The notes below the pieces were generated by a model. It had not been told where the DNA came from. It worked only from the letters and a program-made list of their open reading frames with translations, and did not search any database. Shown one piece after another: positions 27,100 to 38,932 of a DNA stretch of 64,000 nucleotides. A program made the translations under genes and the position numbers. Source of the DNA: Candidatus Omnitrophota bacterium (GTDB lineage Bacteria; Omnitrophota; Omnitrophia; Omnitrophales; JACQQS01); the NCBI GenBank assembly GCA_016206925.1, contig JACQQS010000070.1, forward strand, positions 1,899-65,898, in the 5' to 3' direction. Every line of letters starts with the position of its first letter. Within the stretch, counting starts at the first letter, position 1.

Positions 27100-28782
27100 G
27101 TGTTAGAGAGTCGTCTTCAGATTGTCACGGGGTTCATGGTCTTGTCCTTCCTTTTTTTGCTCACTCGCCTATTTTCGCTCCACATTCTGGAGCATACCTA
27201 TTGGACGGAATATGCCGCGCGCCAGCACAGGTTGACGCTTACCATTCCTCCCGATCGCGGGATGATTCTGGATCGTAACGGCAAGCCGCTCGCAACTTCA
27301 AAACTGGCTCCCTCGGTGTACGGTGTTCCTTATGAAGTGACCGATATTAAAACGGCGGCCAGGACGATTTCGCCTATTTTGGGAGAGAAGTCTGATTTCA
27401 TAACGGAACGCTTGGCGAGAGAAAAATCATTTGTATGGATTAAGCGGCAGGTGACGGATAAAGAGGTTTCGGAACTCAGGCGGCTGGCGGTTCCCGGAAT
27501 AGCCATCCGATATGAAAATAAGCGATTTTATCCGCAGGGTGAGCTGCTGGCTCCGGTGCTGGGCTTCTGTAGTATCGATGAGACGGGTCTTGAAGGCATT
27601 GAATTGGCATACAACCATTATCTTGCGGGAAGGTCCGGAGAGCGGTCAACACGCCGGGATGCGCTCGGAAGGCCGCTTGCCGCGTTTGACCAGAAACTCA
27701 TTTCGGCTGTTGACGGGCACAATATTACCCTGACGGTTGACCGATTCATTCAGTTTCACACGGAGGTCGCATTGCGCGAAGCCATTGAAAAATGGAAAGC
27801 CAAAGGCGGCATGGCCGTTGTCATCAATCCGCATACCGGCGAAATTCTCGCGATCGCCTCGTTGCCTTCCTTTGATCCGAATAACTTCCAGGATGTTTCA
27901 ACCGAGCAGCGCCGCAACAAGCCGATCACGGACTACTATGAACCCGGTTCGACATTTAAGTTCATTACCGCTTCGGCAGCTTTGGAAACTCAGATGTTCA
28001 CTTTTGACTCCAGGATTTATTGCGAAAACGGAGCATACAAAGTGAGTTCGCATATCCTGCATGACGTGAAGCCATACGGTGAGATCGCGTTTCCCGAGGT
28101 ATTCATTAATTCGAGCAATATCGGAACGGTAAAGATCGCCCAGAAAGTCGGAGCACAGAAAATTTACTCCTACGTGAAAAAATTCGGATTTGGCGAAAAG
28201 ACGTTGGTAGATTTGCTGGGAGAGGAGCAGGGCGTAGTTTATCCTCCGGAAAAATGGTCAAAGCTTTCCATAAGCGCAATTCCGATCGGTCATGAAGTGG
28301 GTGTAACGGCCTTGCAAGTTGTGCGGGCTATTTCGGTGATTGCCAATGGTGGAAAGTTGATGCGGCCATATATTATTAAAGAAGTCAGAGATCAGAAAAA
28401 CGGAATGCTCATTGAGCGGCGCGAACCGGTTTTGGAGAGACGGGCGATTGAGCCGGAAACCGCCAAACAAGTAAATGAAATTCTGAAACGCGTCATAGAG
28501 GAAGGCACCGGAAAGCAAGCCAAGATACCGGGCATTGCCGTTGCCGGCAAGACCGGAACGGCGCAAAAGTTAAATCCCGATGGGAAAACGTACGCGCATG
28601 ACCGGCATGTCTCTTCGTTCGTGGGATATGTGCCGGCGGATGATCCCCGGTACGCCATGGTTGTGGTTATCGATGAGCCCAAAGGAAAGTATTACGGCGG
28701 AACGGTTGCCGCACCTGTGTTTAAAGCCGTATTACAAGAAGTACTTCTTCAGGAAGGGATCCTGTCTGAAGCCCGCGCCTGA
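27100..28782 (+). CDS. ftsI: Penicillin-binding protein (FtsI/PBP3-type class B transpeptidase)
   Basis: N-terminal TM anchor and PBP dimerisation domain. Transpeptidase motifs: SxxK (GSTFKFITA), SxN (NSSNIG) and KTGT (AGKTGTAQ). Confidence 0.9.
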   Translation: MLESRLQIVTGFMVLSFLFLLTRLFSLHILEHTYWTEYAARQHRLTLTIPPDRGMILDRNGKPLATSKLAPSVYGVPYEVTDIKTAARTISPILGEKSDFITERLAREKSFVWIKRQVTDKEVSELRRLAVPGIAIRYENKRFYPQGELLAPVLGFCSIDETGLEGIELAYNHYLAGRSGERSTRRDALGRPLAAFDQKLISAVDGHNITLTVDRFIQFHTEVALREAIEKWKAKGGMAVVINPHTGEILAIASLPSFDPNNFQDVSTEQRRNKPITDYYEPGSTFKFITASAALETQMFTFDSRIYCENGAYKVSSHILHDVKPYGEIAFPEVFINSSNIGTVKIAQKVGAQKIYSYVKKFGFGEKTLVDLLGEEQGVVYPPEKWSKLSISAIPIGHEVGVTALQVVRAISVIANGGKLMRPYIIKEVRDQKNGMLIERREPVLERRAIEPETAKQVNEILKRVIEEGTGKQAKIPGIAVAGKTGTAQKLNPDGKTYAHDRHVSSFVGYVPADDPRYAMVVVIDEPKGKYYGGTVAAPVFKAVLQEVLLQEGILSEARA

Positions 28783-29717
28783 CGCTCCAGATAATCGGCA
28801 ACTTGCTGAGCCGTATTTGTTCCTTCCAATTGATCAATCTCGTATGTTCCGGCCGGGCTTGTTACGTTAATTTCAGTCAACCGCTCGCCGATGATATCGA
28901 TGCCGACAAAATGATGGCCTTTTATAAGAAGCGTCTCTCCGACCACTCTGGAAATTTCTTCCTCACTCCGTGAGAGTTTGTGACGAACGGCGCGGCCGCC
29001 CTGATCCATATTGGCAATGAATTTCCCTTCGGGTGGAATTCTTGAAAACGCTCCGAGAATTTTTCCGCCAAGCAAAAGCACGCGCACATCGCCCAACTGC
29101 TGGACCGCGGAAAGGTATTGCTGTGCCATGACCGTTTTACATCCGTTTTGAGTAAGACGCGCAAGTGTTTTTTCTAGAGCCGCCTCACGGGGCTCAAAGC
29201 GGCGGATGCCCTGTCCTCCTTTTTGATCGAGCGGCTTCACGATGATCTTGCCGTTGAGCTCTTTGGCAAATCGCGCGATGAAAGAAGCGTTTGCGGTGAC
29301 CAGCGTCGGAGCAATAAACATTGGGAATTCCAAAATGGAAAGTTTTTCATTGGTTTCACGGAGGCCGGCGGGACTATTTAAGATAAATGTCTTTCCGGAA
29401 ATTAACCCGAGCAGCTGCGTTAAATAAAGGTACTCGCTGTCGAAAGGCGGTTCTTTGCGGATGAAGATAACATCGGCGTCTGAAAGGTTGAAATCCGGGA
29501 TGTCATCCGTTACGGATATTCCCTGGGAACTGGTAACGTTTAGTTTCCTGAGCCGCGCAGACAGCACCGAATTTCTCACATAAGCACCGCCCATCTCAAG
29601 GGCAAAAACCTCATGTCCCCGCGCGCAAGCCGCAGTCATGATGGCGCAGGAGGTATCTTCTTTCCAGTCGAGCTTTTCGATGGGGTCCAGTACAAAAACG
29701 ATCTTCAACATGAGCAT
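28749..29717 (-). CDS. gshB: Glutathione synthetase (prokaryotic ATP-grasp GshB)
   Basis: N-terminal MLKIVFVLDPIEKL....DTS.A.M.AA..RGHEV matches the GshB N-domain. ATP-grasp part: IVKPLDQKGGQGI, GDVRVLLLGGK and ERLTEINVTSP. Its 3' end overlaps the ftsI 3' end by 34 nt (convergent). Confidence 0.88.
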   Translation of the reverse strand: MLMLKIVFVLDPIEKLDWKEDTSCAIMTAACARGHEVFALEMGGAYVRNSVLSARLRKLNVTSSQGISVTDDIPDFNLSDADVIFIRKEPPFDSEYLYLTQLLGLISGKTFILNSPAGLRETNEKLSILEFPMFIAPTLVTANASFIARFAKELNGKIIVKPLDQKGGQGIRRFEPREAALEKTLARLTQNGCKTVMAQQYLSAVQQLGDVRVLLLGGKILGAFSRIPPEGKFIANMDQGGRAVRHKLSRSEEEISRVVGETLLIKGHHFVGIDIIGERLTEINVTSPAGTYEIDQLEGTNTAQQVADYLERQARASDRIPS

Positions 29718-29817
29718 CCTTTTTCGAGCGGTACTTACTCAATTTGCGTATGGTACAATGCAATCCAAAAGGTGAACGGGCCGCATTATAACTCAGAACC
29801 AGCCGGCATAAAAGTTT

Positions 29818-31179
29818 ATGACCGAATTCAACCGAAAACAGGGCACGGACGTCGAAATAGCACTCGGAGATCTGAAAGGGTACTTCCTCCGGTTTGCAAA
29901 GCCGAAAGAAAAGCACCGTCTGGGCGCTGAGTGTGAGCTCTTTGGTTTATTCGAAAAAACAGGACAGCCCATTCCCTACTTCGGAAAACAGGGAATCGAA
30001 GGTGTTTTGAACGGCTTTGTTGAGAAATTCCGCTGGACGAAAAAGGAAGAAAAAGGTCATGTAATCGCCCTTGAACGCGGCGGCGACTTCATTACGCTCG
30101 AACCCGGCGCTCAGGTGGAATTGAGCGCTTCCCCGGTTCGCACTTTGAATGAGGTGGAGAAGCAAATTAAAACATTTCACCAAGAGATCAAAGCGATAGG
30201 AATGGATTTGGGAATTGTTTGGCTGAGCGTGGGAACCCAGCCCCTGGCGAAAGCCGGGGAGATGCCCTGGGTGCCCAAAGCACGTTACGAAATCATGCGC
30301 CGCTATCTGGCCGCCCACGGCAGCCGTTCGCACGATATGATGCAGAGAACGGCCACGAACCAGTTTAACGTGGATTTTGAAAGCGAAGGGGACGCTCTTG
30401 AGGTCATGAAAATCGTATTTCGCCTTGCGCCGTTCGCGATCACCGCGTTTGCAAACTCGCCGCTCTTTGAGGGCCGCGTCACCGGTTATCAGAGTTACCG
30501 AAATCATATCTGGCACGGAACGGACGCCGACCGGAGCGGGCTTATCCAGATTTTTGCGGAGGGAAACGGTTCGCTCGACGATTATCTTGACTATGTCCTC
30601 GATGTTCCGGCGTTCTTTATTATCCGGCAGAATGAATGGATTCCGCTTGAAGGAATTACGTTCCGGCAATACTTGGAGAAAGGCTTTGGCTTCTACCGCG
30701 CCACCCTGGAGGACTTTAACCTGCATCTGACCGGGATATTTCCTGAGTGCCGGATAAAAGATCACATTGAAATTCGTGGGCTGGATGCACAGGCGCCGCA
30801 GTTTATTATGGCCGCGTTTGCTTTTTGGAAAGGAATTCTGGAGACGCTGGACACGCGGTCGGCCGCATTGGATTTGGTCAAAGATCTGACATGGCCGGAG
30901 CTAAAAGAACTGTATCGAGATTTGCCCCATCAGGGTTTGAATGTTCATGTCGGCGCGTGCTCAGCTGGGGAAATTTCCAGGAAACTCTTCGAAATTGCGC
31001 TATTCGGCCTTTCGTCAACAAGCAGGGGGAGCGGCCAAAGTGCCGACCGGATTTATCTGGAGCGCTTTTTTCATGAATACGCCGGAATATCAAAGACGCC
31101 GGCGGAGGATGTTCTTGCGAATTGGAGCCGTTTGAATTCCGGTAAGTGGCTGTCGGCCTTTGAGCGTTGTCTTGTCTAA
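29818..31179 (+). CDS. Glutamate--cysteine ligase, GCS2/plant-type family
   Basis: A ~450-aa protein with GCS2-like blocks (GAECELFG, ITLEPGAQVELS, RLAPFAITAFANSPLFEG, FPECRIKDHIEIRG.D). It is divergently paired with gshB. Confidence 0.72.
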   Translation: MTEFNRKQGTDVEIALGDLKGYFLRFAKPKEKHRLGAECELFGLFEKTGQPIPYFGKQGIEGVLNGFVEKFRWTKKEEKGHVIALERGGDFITLEPGAQVELSASPVRTLNEVEKQIKTFHQEIKAIGMDLGIVWLSVGTQPLAKAGEMPWVPKARYEIMRRYLAAHGSRSHDMMQRTATNQFNVDFESEGDALEVMKIVFRLAPFAITAFANSPLFEGRVTGYQSYRNHIWHGTDADRSGLIQIFAEGNGSLDDYLDYVLDVPAFFIIRQNEWIPLEGITFRQYLEKGFGFYRATLEDFNLHLTGIFPECRIKDHIEIRGLDAQAPQFIMAAFAFWKGILETLDTRSAALDLVKDLTWPELKELYRDLPHQGLNVHVGACSAGEISRKLFEIALFGLSSTSRGSGQSADRIYLERFFHEYAGISKTPAEDVLANWSRLNSGKWLSAFERCLV

Positions 31180-31279
31180 TGGCGTGTAATTCCTCCCGAA
31201 TGGACAAACGCCTATCTTGTGATAAAATCCTCACTTAGATTCCCCGGTCTCCGCCAAAAAGGTTGGTAGGCGGATCCGT

Positions 31280-31304
31280 GTTGGGTAATAATCGCAAACG
31301 GGGC
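31280..31304 (+). repeat. Upstream copy of a 25-nt direct repeat (GTTGGGTAATAATCGCAAACGGGGC)
   Basis: Identical to 31356-31380, whose last 6 nt are the first 6 nt of tRNA-Pro. Confidence 0.9.
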
Positions 31305-31374
31305 AGCACAAAGTTCCAAGGGAGGTGCAGTCCCGTTGACATTATAATGAACCCAGTTGGGTAATAATCGCAAA

Positions 31375-31451
<77 letters not shown>

Positions 31452-31457
31452 CTTGAG

Positions 31458-31520
31458 CGTAAAAGTAAAAGCGAAAAAGGAAAGAAGTATTCTTTTGCCT
31501 TTTTGCTTTGCGTTTTAACT
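31458..31520 (+). terminator. Long imperfect A-rich/U-rich hairpin after tRNA-Pro (possible terminator)
   Basis: The left arm GTAAAAGTAAAAGCGAAAAAGGAAAGA pairs with TCTTTTGCCTTTTTGCTTTGCGTTTTAAC, with bulges, around the loop AGTAT. The right arm ends in T-runs. Confidence 0.4.
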
Positions 31521-31544
31521 TTTTAAGTGCAAAGCGGGCTTTAG

Positions 31545-31826
31545 GTGGAGAAACGGCTTGAAGCTATTTTTAAGGGACATGTCCAAGGCGTCGGGTTTCG
31601 TTTTACCGTTCAAAGCCTTGCCGGGAAATTTGATATAAAAGGCTTTGTTGAAAATCTGGGAGACGGCAATGTACAGATAGTGGCCGAAGGGGAGGAGCAG
31701 GAACTTTCGGCATTTCTTTTGGCCGTCAGGAATTCCAATTTGAAAAATTACATTCGGGATTTTGAGGTTAGCTGGCCGGCCCCCACCGGTGAATTTACGG
31801 AATTCTTTGTTCGCTCTGGCGGCTAG
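31545..31826 (+). CDS. acyP: Acylphosphatase
   Basis: GTG start. F.G.VQGVGFR, .G.V.N..DG.V and AEGEE..L..F match the acylphosphatase signatures. Confidence 0.85.
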   Translation: MEKRLEAIFKGHVQGVGFRFTVQSLAGKFDIKGFVENLGDGNVQIVAEGEEQELSAFLLAVRNSNLKNYIRDFEVSWPAPTGEFTEFFVRSGG

Positions 31827-31848
31827 CTAATACGTTTTCCCCTTTCTT

Positions 31849-35260
<3,412 letters not shown>

Positions 35261-36201
35261 ATCTAAAACACCGGCTTCCGGAAAATTTGTGGACGCGGTC
35301 CGCGATTTTCTGTTTTATCTTTCCGTTGAGCGCGGACTGGCAAAAAATTCTATTGACGCCTACCGCTGTGATCTCGGCAAATACGGCAGCTTTCTTTCAA
35401 AGCAGGGTATCGGCGATTTAAATCTCGTTCAAACAAAAGACATCACCCAGTTTCTGATTTACGAACGGAACGCGGGTTCCGAAGCCGCTACGCTCGCTCG
35501 CGCACTGGTGGCCGTCAAAATACTGCATCGCTTTTTGACGCGGGAGAAAAAGTTAAAGCGCGATGTTACCGTGACCCTGGATTCCCCGCGGCTGTGGAAG
35601 CGATTGCCTGTTTTTTTGTCGCGCATGGAAATGGAAAAGATTCTTTCAAAGCCGAACGGACGTACGATGACCGGCTGCCGGGACCGCGCTATTCTGGAAC
35701 TTTTCTACTCAACGGGCCTTCGGGTTTCAGAATTGGTAAATCTTCGCGTGGACGGTTTGAATTTGGATGCCGGATTTCTAAAATGCGTCGGTAAGGGCAG
35801 CAAGGAACGGCTGGTTCCCGTTGGAAGTGCGGCGAAGGAAGCGGTGGCACGGTACCTTGACCGTGTGAAATCCGAGCGGGCCAAGAGCGGTTCGTCGTTC
35901 GTGTTTCTGGGTCGCCGCCGTTCGCCTCTTACGCGCATGACCGTCTGGAATATTATTCGCCGCTACTCCAAATTGGCTAGAATCTCGAAGACCGTTTCCC
36001 CGCACACATTTCGGCATTCCTTTGCCACGCATCTTCTCGAAGGCGGTGCCGATCTGCGCGTTGTGCAGGAGCTGCTTGGCCATGCCGACATTGCGACAAC
36101 GCAAATCTACACACACGTATCACAGGACCGTTTGAAATCCGTGCATGAACAGTTTCACCCGCGGCCTTGAAACAGGTACCGGAGAGAAAGGATTGGAAAT
36201 T

Positions 36202-36543
36202 ATGCATTACAAGAATCTCTTATTTTTCGTTTTCCTCGCTTTATTTTTGGTTCCCGTAGCTTCTTCTGCTGAGGAGGAGGATAAGATTGAGCCTGCGCGG
36301 TATGAAAAATACGACCACGGCGTAATCGGAAAACCGGGGGATGCGGCGGAAAGGATGGTTCTTGGATTTGAAAAAAACCGGGAAATGAAACCCGCCGGAA
36401 ACATTGTTCACGTTGAGAGCACCGATGATTATTTGGGCAAAGGCATAGAGGAAATTAAGTCCAAAGTTTCGAAGCTGGAAGCAAGATTGTCCGAAACAGA
36501 GAGAAGATTAGGCGCTCTCGAAGCCAAATTTAAGAAAGGTTGA
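36202..36543 (+). CDS. Small secreted protein with a C-terminal coiled coil
   Basis: I prefer ATG 36202 (signal peptide MHYKNLLFFVFLALFLVPVASSA) over 36145. I recognise no family. Confidence 0.5.
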   Translation: MHYKNLLFFVFLALFLVPVASSAEEEDKIEPARYEKYDHGVIGKPGDAAERMVLGFEKNREMKPAGNIVHVESTDDYLGKGIEEIKSKVSKLEARLSETERRLGALEAKFKKG

Positions 36544-36552
36544 AATGCCGAT

Positions 36553-36876
36553 TCATATTCCAGTTACATCTTCATAATCTCTTGACCGCGTACTCGTGAT
36601 TTTGTGAATCAGTAAATCTTCGGGAGTTACCACTTTTGCCTTAACCCCTGCAAATTACAAAGACGGCTCCTTTTAATTGCGTTATGCTCAAGCACGTTTT
36701 CAGCAATGATGAAATCTACTTTTCCCCAGGCTTTTGCTTTTTTGAAGCGCATGGGAATGACCCCTGCTTGGTTCGCCGTGGACCGATACGGCAATTCCTC
36801 CCAGAATAGCGTATCGGACTTTTTCGGAGGATAAAAATTGGGTGAGCGACTTCAGGAGAATTTGAAACGAATTCAC
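36553..36876 (-). pseudogene. Frameshifted remnant of a small nucleotidyltransferase-fold (MNT-like) gene
   Basis: Three - strand reading-frame pieces together resemble a ~108-aa NTase. Piece 1 is VNSFQILLKSLTQFLSSEKVRYAILGGIAVSVHGEP (GTG at 36876, stop at 36700-36702). Piece 2 is ..GKVDFIIAENVLEHNAIK... Piece 3 is ..AKVVTPEDLLIHKITSTRSRDYEDVTGI* (stop at 36553-36555). At least two frameshifts are needed. Confidence 0.4.
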
Positions 36877-37217
36877 GGCTGGACGCGGCTAAACAAGGCA
36901 TGAATACGGCTTAGCGCCCGTATTTTAGACAAATGCATGCGCCGAGCATGGCGATTTTTAGGCAAGTTTTCCGCAAATAAATGGAAATCTTTCAGAAGTT
37001 GTGCACTCCTGGTTTTCGATAGCCTGGGCAAAAATTTCCGGCGATACTTTTCCTCGGTTCGGTGCAGTTGTTTCCATCGATTCATATTGCGATTCCCATG
37101 TGAAGCGAAATAAAAGCGGCTGATTATATTTAACCGGCGAAGACTTGTAAATGTTTGCCTATGAAGGGTTTTAACTTGCAGAGCGCCCTTAAATGGCTTA
37201 ATTATTCGTTTTGACAT
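36873..37217 (-). CDS. Doubtful ORF (114 aa, extremely basic), GTGA-coupled to the NTase remnant
   Basis: ORF only, with R/K-rich low-complexity composition. An alternative frame holds a 66-codon ORF over the same DNA. It may itself be decayed. Confidence 0.2.
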   Translation of the reverse strand: MSKRIIKPFKGALQVKTLHRQTFTSLRRLNIISRFYFASHGNRNMNRWKQLHRTEEKYRRKFLPRLSKTRSAQLLKDFHLFAENLPKNRHARRMHLSKIRALSRIHALFSRVQP

Positions 37218-37354
37218 GCTATGTACATATAGTATACTAAGCCGTTCTTGTTACTACCCCTAGTCGAAACCCAGTTAAAAGGCGGATGTTCATATATACC
37301 TACAAGCTTACTTAGGGACATGTAAGTAAGCGGATGTGTGTTGTCCGTGCCGGA

Positions 37355-37432
37355 GGCGCTATCGTCTAGGCCGGCCTAGGACGTCAGATTCTCATTCTGA
37401 AAACACGGGTTCGAATCCCGTTAGCGCTACCA
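37355..37432 (+). tRNA. tRNA-Glu (anticodon CTC), CCA encoded
   Basis: Acceptor GGCGCTA/TAGCGCT (G1:U72), D arm GTCT..GGAC, anticodon stem TCAGA/TCTGA with loop TTCTCAT, 4-nt variable loop, T arm ACGGG-TTCGAAT-CCCGT, then ACCA. Confidence 0.9.
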
Positions 37433-37435
37433 AAA

Positions 37436-37497
37436 GCGTGAAGCGTGAAGCGTGAAGCGTGAAGCGTAGGTCATGTGCTTGGCGCTTCACAATTCAC
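37436..37497 (+). repeat. Tandem heptamer array (GCGTGAA x4.7) forming a hairpin with a downstream complement
   Basis: GCGTGAA occurs at 37436, 37443, 37450 and 37457, plus a partial GCGTA. Positions 37452-37466 pair with 37483-37497 (8 bp + 2 mismatches + 5 bp). The structure abuts the purB SD AAGGAGG (37498-37504). Confidence 0.8.
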
Positions 37498-37512
37498 AAG
37501 GAGGTTGAGGTA

Positions 37513-38835
37513 ATGATCGATCGTTACACGCGCCGGGAAATGGGTGCCGTTTGGACTGAGGAAGCAAAGCTCAAACAGTGGCTTGCCGTTGAAATAGCGG
37601 CCGCAGAAGCGCTCGCCAAGTACGGCTACATCCCCAGATCGGTTCCGGCAAAGCTGAAACGAGTTTCCTTCGATGTAAAGAGGGTCCAGGAAATCGAGGA
37701 AACCGTAAAGCACGACGTCATCGCGTTCCTGACCAATATTTCCGAATCCATGGGTGAAGATTCAAGGTTCGTGCATTACGGGCTTACATCCTCGGATGTT
37801 TTGGATACAGCCTTGGCGTTGCAGATCAAAGAGGCCGGAATGGTTCTTCGTAAAGGACTGAGCGATTTAATTGATGTATTGAAGGAAAGAGCGTTAGAAC
37901 ATCAATACACGCTTATGGTGGGGCGGAGTCACGGTGTTCACGCAGAGCCGACGACATTCGGCTTGAAGATAGCGCTCTTCTATGCGGAATTTAAGCGGCA
38001 CGCCGAGCGGCTCGATCACGCGCTTGACCAGGTGGCGTTTGGAAAAATTTCCGGCGCCGTGGGTACATTTGCCAATGTCGATCCGCAGGTGGAAGAATAC
38101 ACATGCAAGCTCCTGGGCTTGAAGCCGGAACCCATTTCGACCCAGATTATCCAGCGCGACCGCCACGCAGAATTTGTCGCCACGCTGGCGCTTATGGGTT
38201 CTTCGCTTGAAAAGCTGGCGACGGAAATCCGCCACCTTCAGAAAACTGAGACGCAGGAAGTCCAGGAAGAATTCTCGCAAGGCCAAAAGGGTTCCTCCGC
38301 CATGCCGCACAAGCGTAATCCGGTGACCTGCGAGCGGATTGCCGGTCTTTCTCGAATACTTCGCGGTAACGCGGTGGCGGCGCTTGAAAACATTGCGCTT
38401 TGGCACGAGCGCGACATCACGCATTCGTCCGTGGAGCGGATAATTATTCCGGACACTTCCATATTGGCCGATTACATGCTGAGCCAGATGACGAAAGTTG
38501 TCCGTAACCTTGTCGTTAACAAGGAAAATATGGAGCAGAATTTGAAGTTAAGCCGCGGCATGATTTTCTCGCAAGGACTGCTTCTAAATCTAATTTCAAA
38601 GGGCCTTTCCCGTGAAGATACGTATGCACTTGTACAGAAAGCCTCAGCGCAAGTGTGGGCCGATGAGAAAATGGATTTGAAAGGCGTTGCGCTTAAAGAC
38701 AAGGAAATCCGACGCTATTTGAGCGCCAAGGAGATCGAAGTTATTTTTGACTTTTCGTACCACACGAAAAACGTGAATAAGATTTTCGCGCGACTAGGAC
38801 TCGGGAAGATTAAACGGACAACTAAGGTAGGATAG
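37513..38835 (+). CDS. purB: Adenylosuccinate lyase
   Basis: I prefer ATG 37513 (AAGGAGG upstream) over 37459, which would read through the heptamer array. MIDRYTR.EM...W and the fumarate-lyase signature GSSAMPHKRNP. Confidence 0.95.
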   Translation: MIDRYTRREMGAVWTEEAKLKQWLAVEIAAAEALAKYGYIPRSVPAKLKRVSFDVKRVQEIEETVKHDVIAFLTNISESMGEDSRFVHYGLTSSDVLDTALALQIKEAGMVLRKGLSDLIDVLKERALEHQYTLMVGRSHGVHAEPTTFGLKIALFYAEFKRHAERLDHALDQVAFGKISGAVGTFANVDPQVEEYTCKLLGLKPEPISTQIIQRDRHAEFVATLALMGSSLEKLATEIRHLQKTETQEVQEEFSQGQKGSSAMPHKRNPVTCERIAGLSRILRGNAVAALENIALWHERDITHSSVERIIIPDTSILADYMLSQMTKVVRNLVVNKENMEQNLKLSRGMIFSQGLLLNLISKGLSREDTYALVQKASAQVWADEKMDLKGVALKDKEIRRYLSAKEIEVIFDFSYHTKNVNKIFARLGLGKIKRTTKVG

Positions 38836-38840
38836 TATCC

Positions 38841-38909
38841 GTCATTCCCGCGTAAGCGGGAATCCAGTGGATTTGTAATTCACTAGACCCCCGCTTTCGC
38901 GGGGGCGAC
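38841..38909 (+). repeat. Composite palindromic (REP-like) element
   Basis: Arm A is GTCATTCCCGCGTAAGCGGGAATCCAGTGGAT (38841-38872). The reverse complement of arm A' (38878-38909) is GTCGCCCCCGCGAAAGCGGGGGTCTAGTGAAT, about 25/32 identical. Each arm also folds on its own: ATTCCCGC-GTAA-GCGGGAAT and CCCCCGC-TTTC-GCGGGGG. Confidence 0.75.
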
Positions 38910-38932
38910 AACGGTCTAAAGGAGAAAAGGAA

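Noticed and set aside
29947-30765. A 272-aa ORF on the - strand.
   Set aside because: It is antisense to the GCS2 ligase gene and shows no motifs. It is a shadow ORF.
31336-31348. TTGACATTATAAT upstream of tRNA-Pro considered as a consensus promoter.
   Set aside because: The -35-like and -10-like hexamers are directly adjacent with no 16-18 nt spacer. Only the TATAAT could function, and no good -35 lies 17 nt upstream of it.
37436-37468. Tandem repeats considered as a possible CRISPR array.
   Set aside because: The units are 7 nt with no spacers and only about 4.7 copies. This is a microsatellite-like heptamer array, not a CRISPR.
37433-38932. A purine, ZTP or other known riboswitch in the pur-cluster spacers.
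   Set aside because: The spacers fold, but I see none of the conserved cores of the purine (three-way junction with U/C discriminator) or ZTP (pfl) motifs. I report them instead as uncharacterised hairpins.
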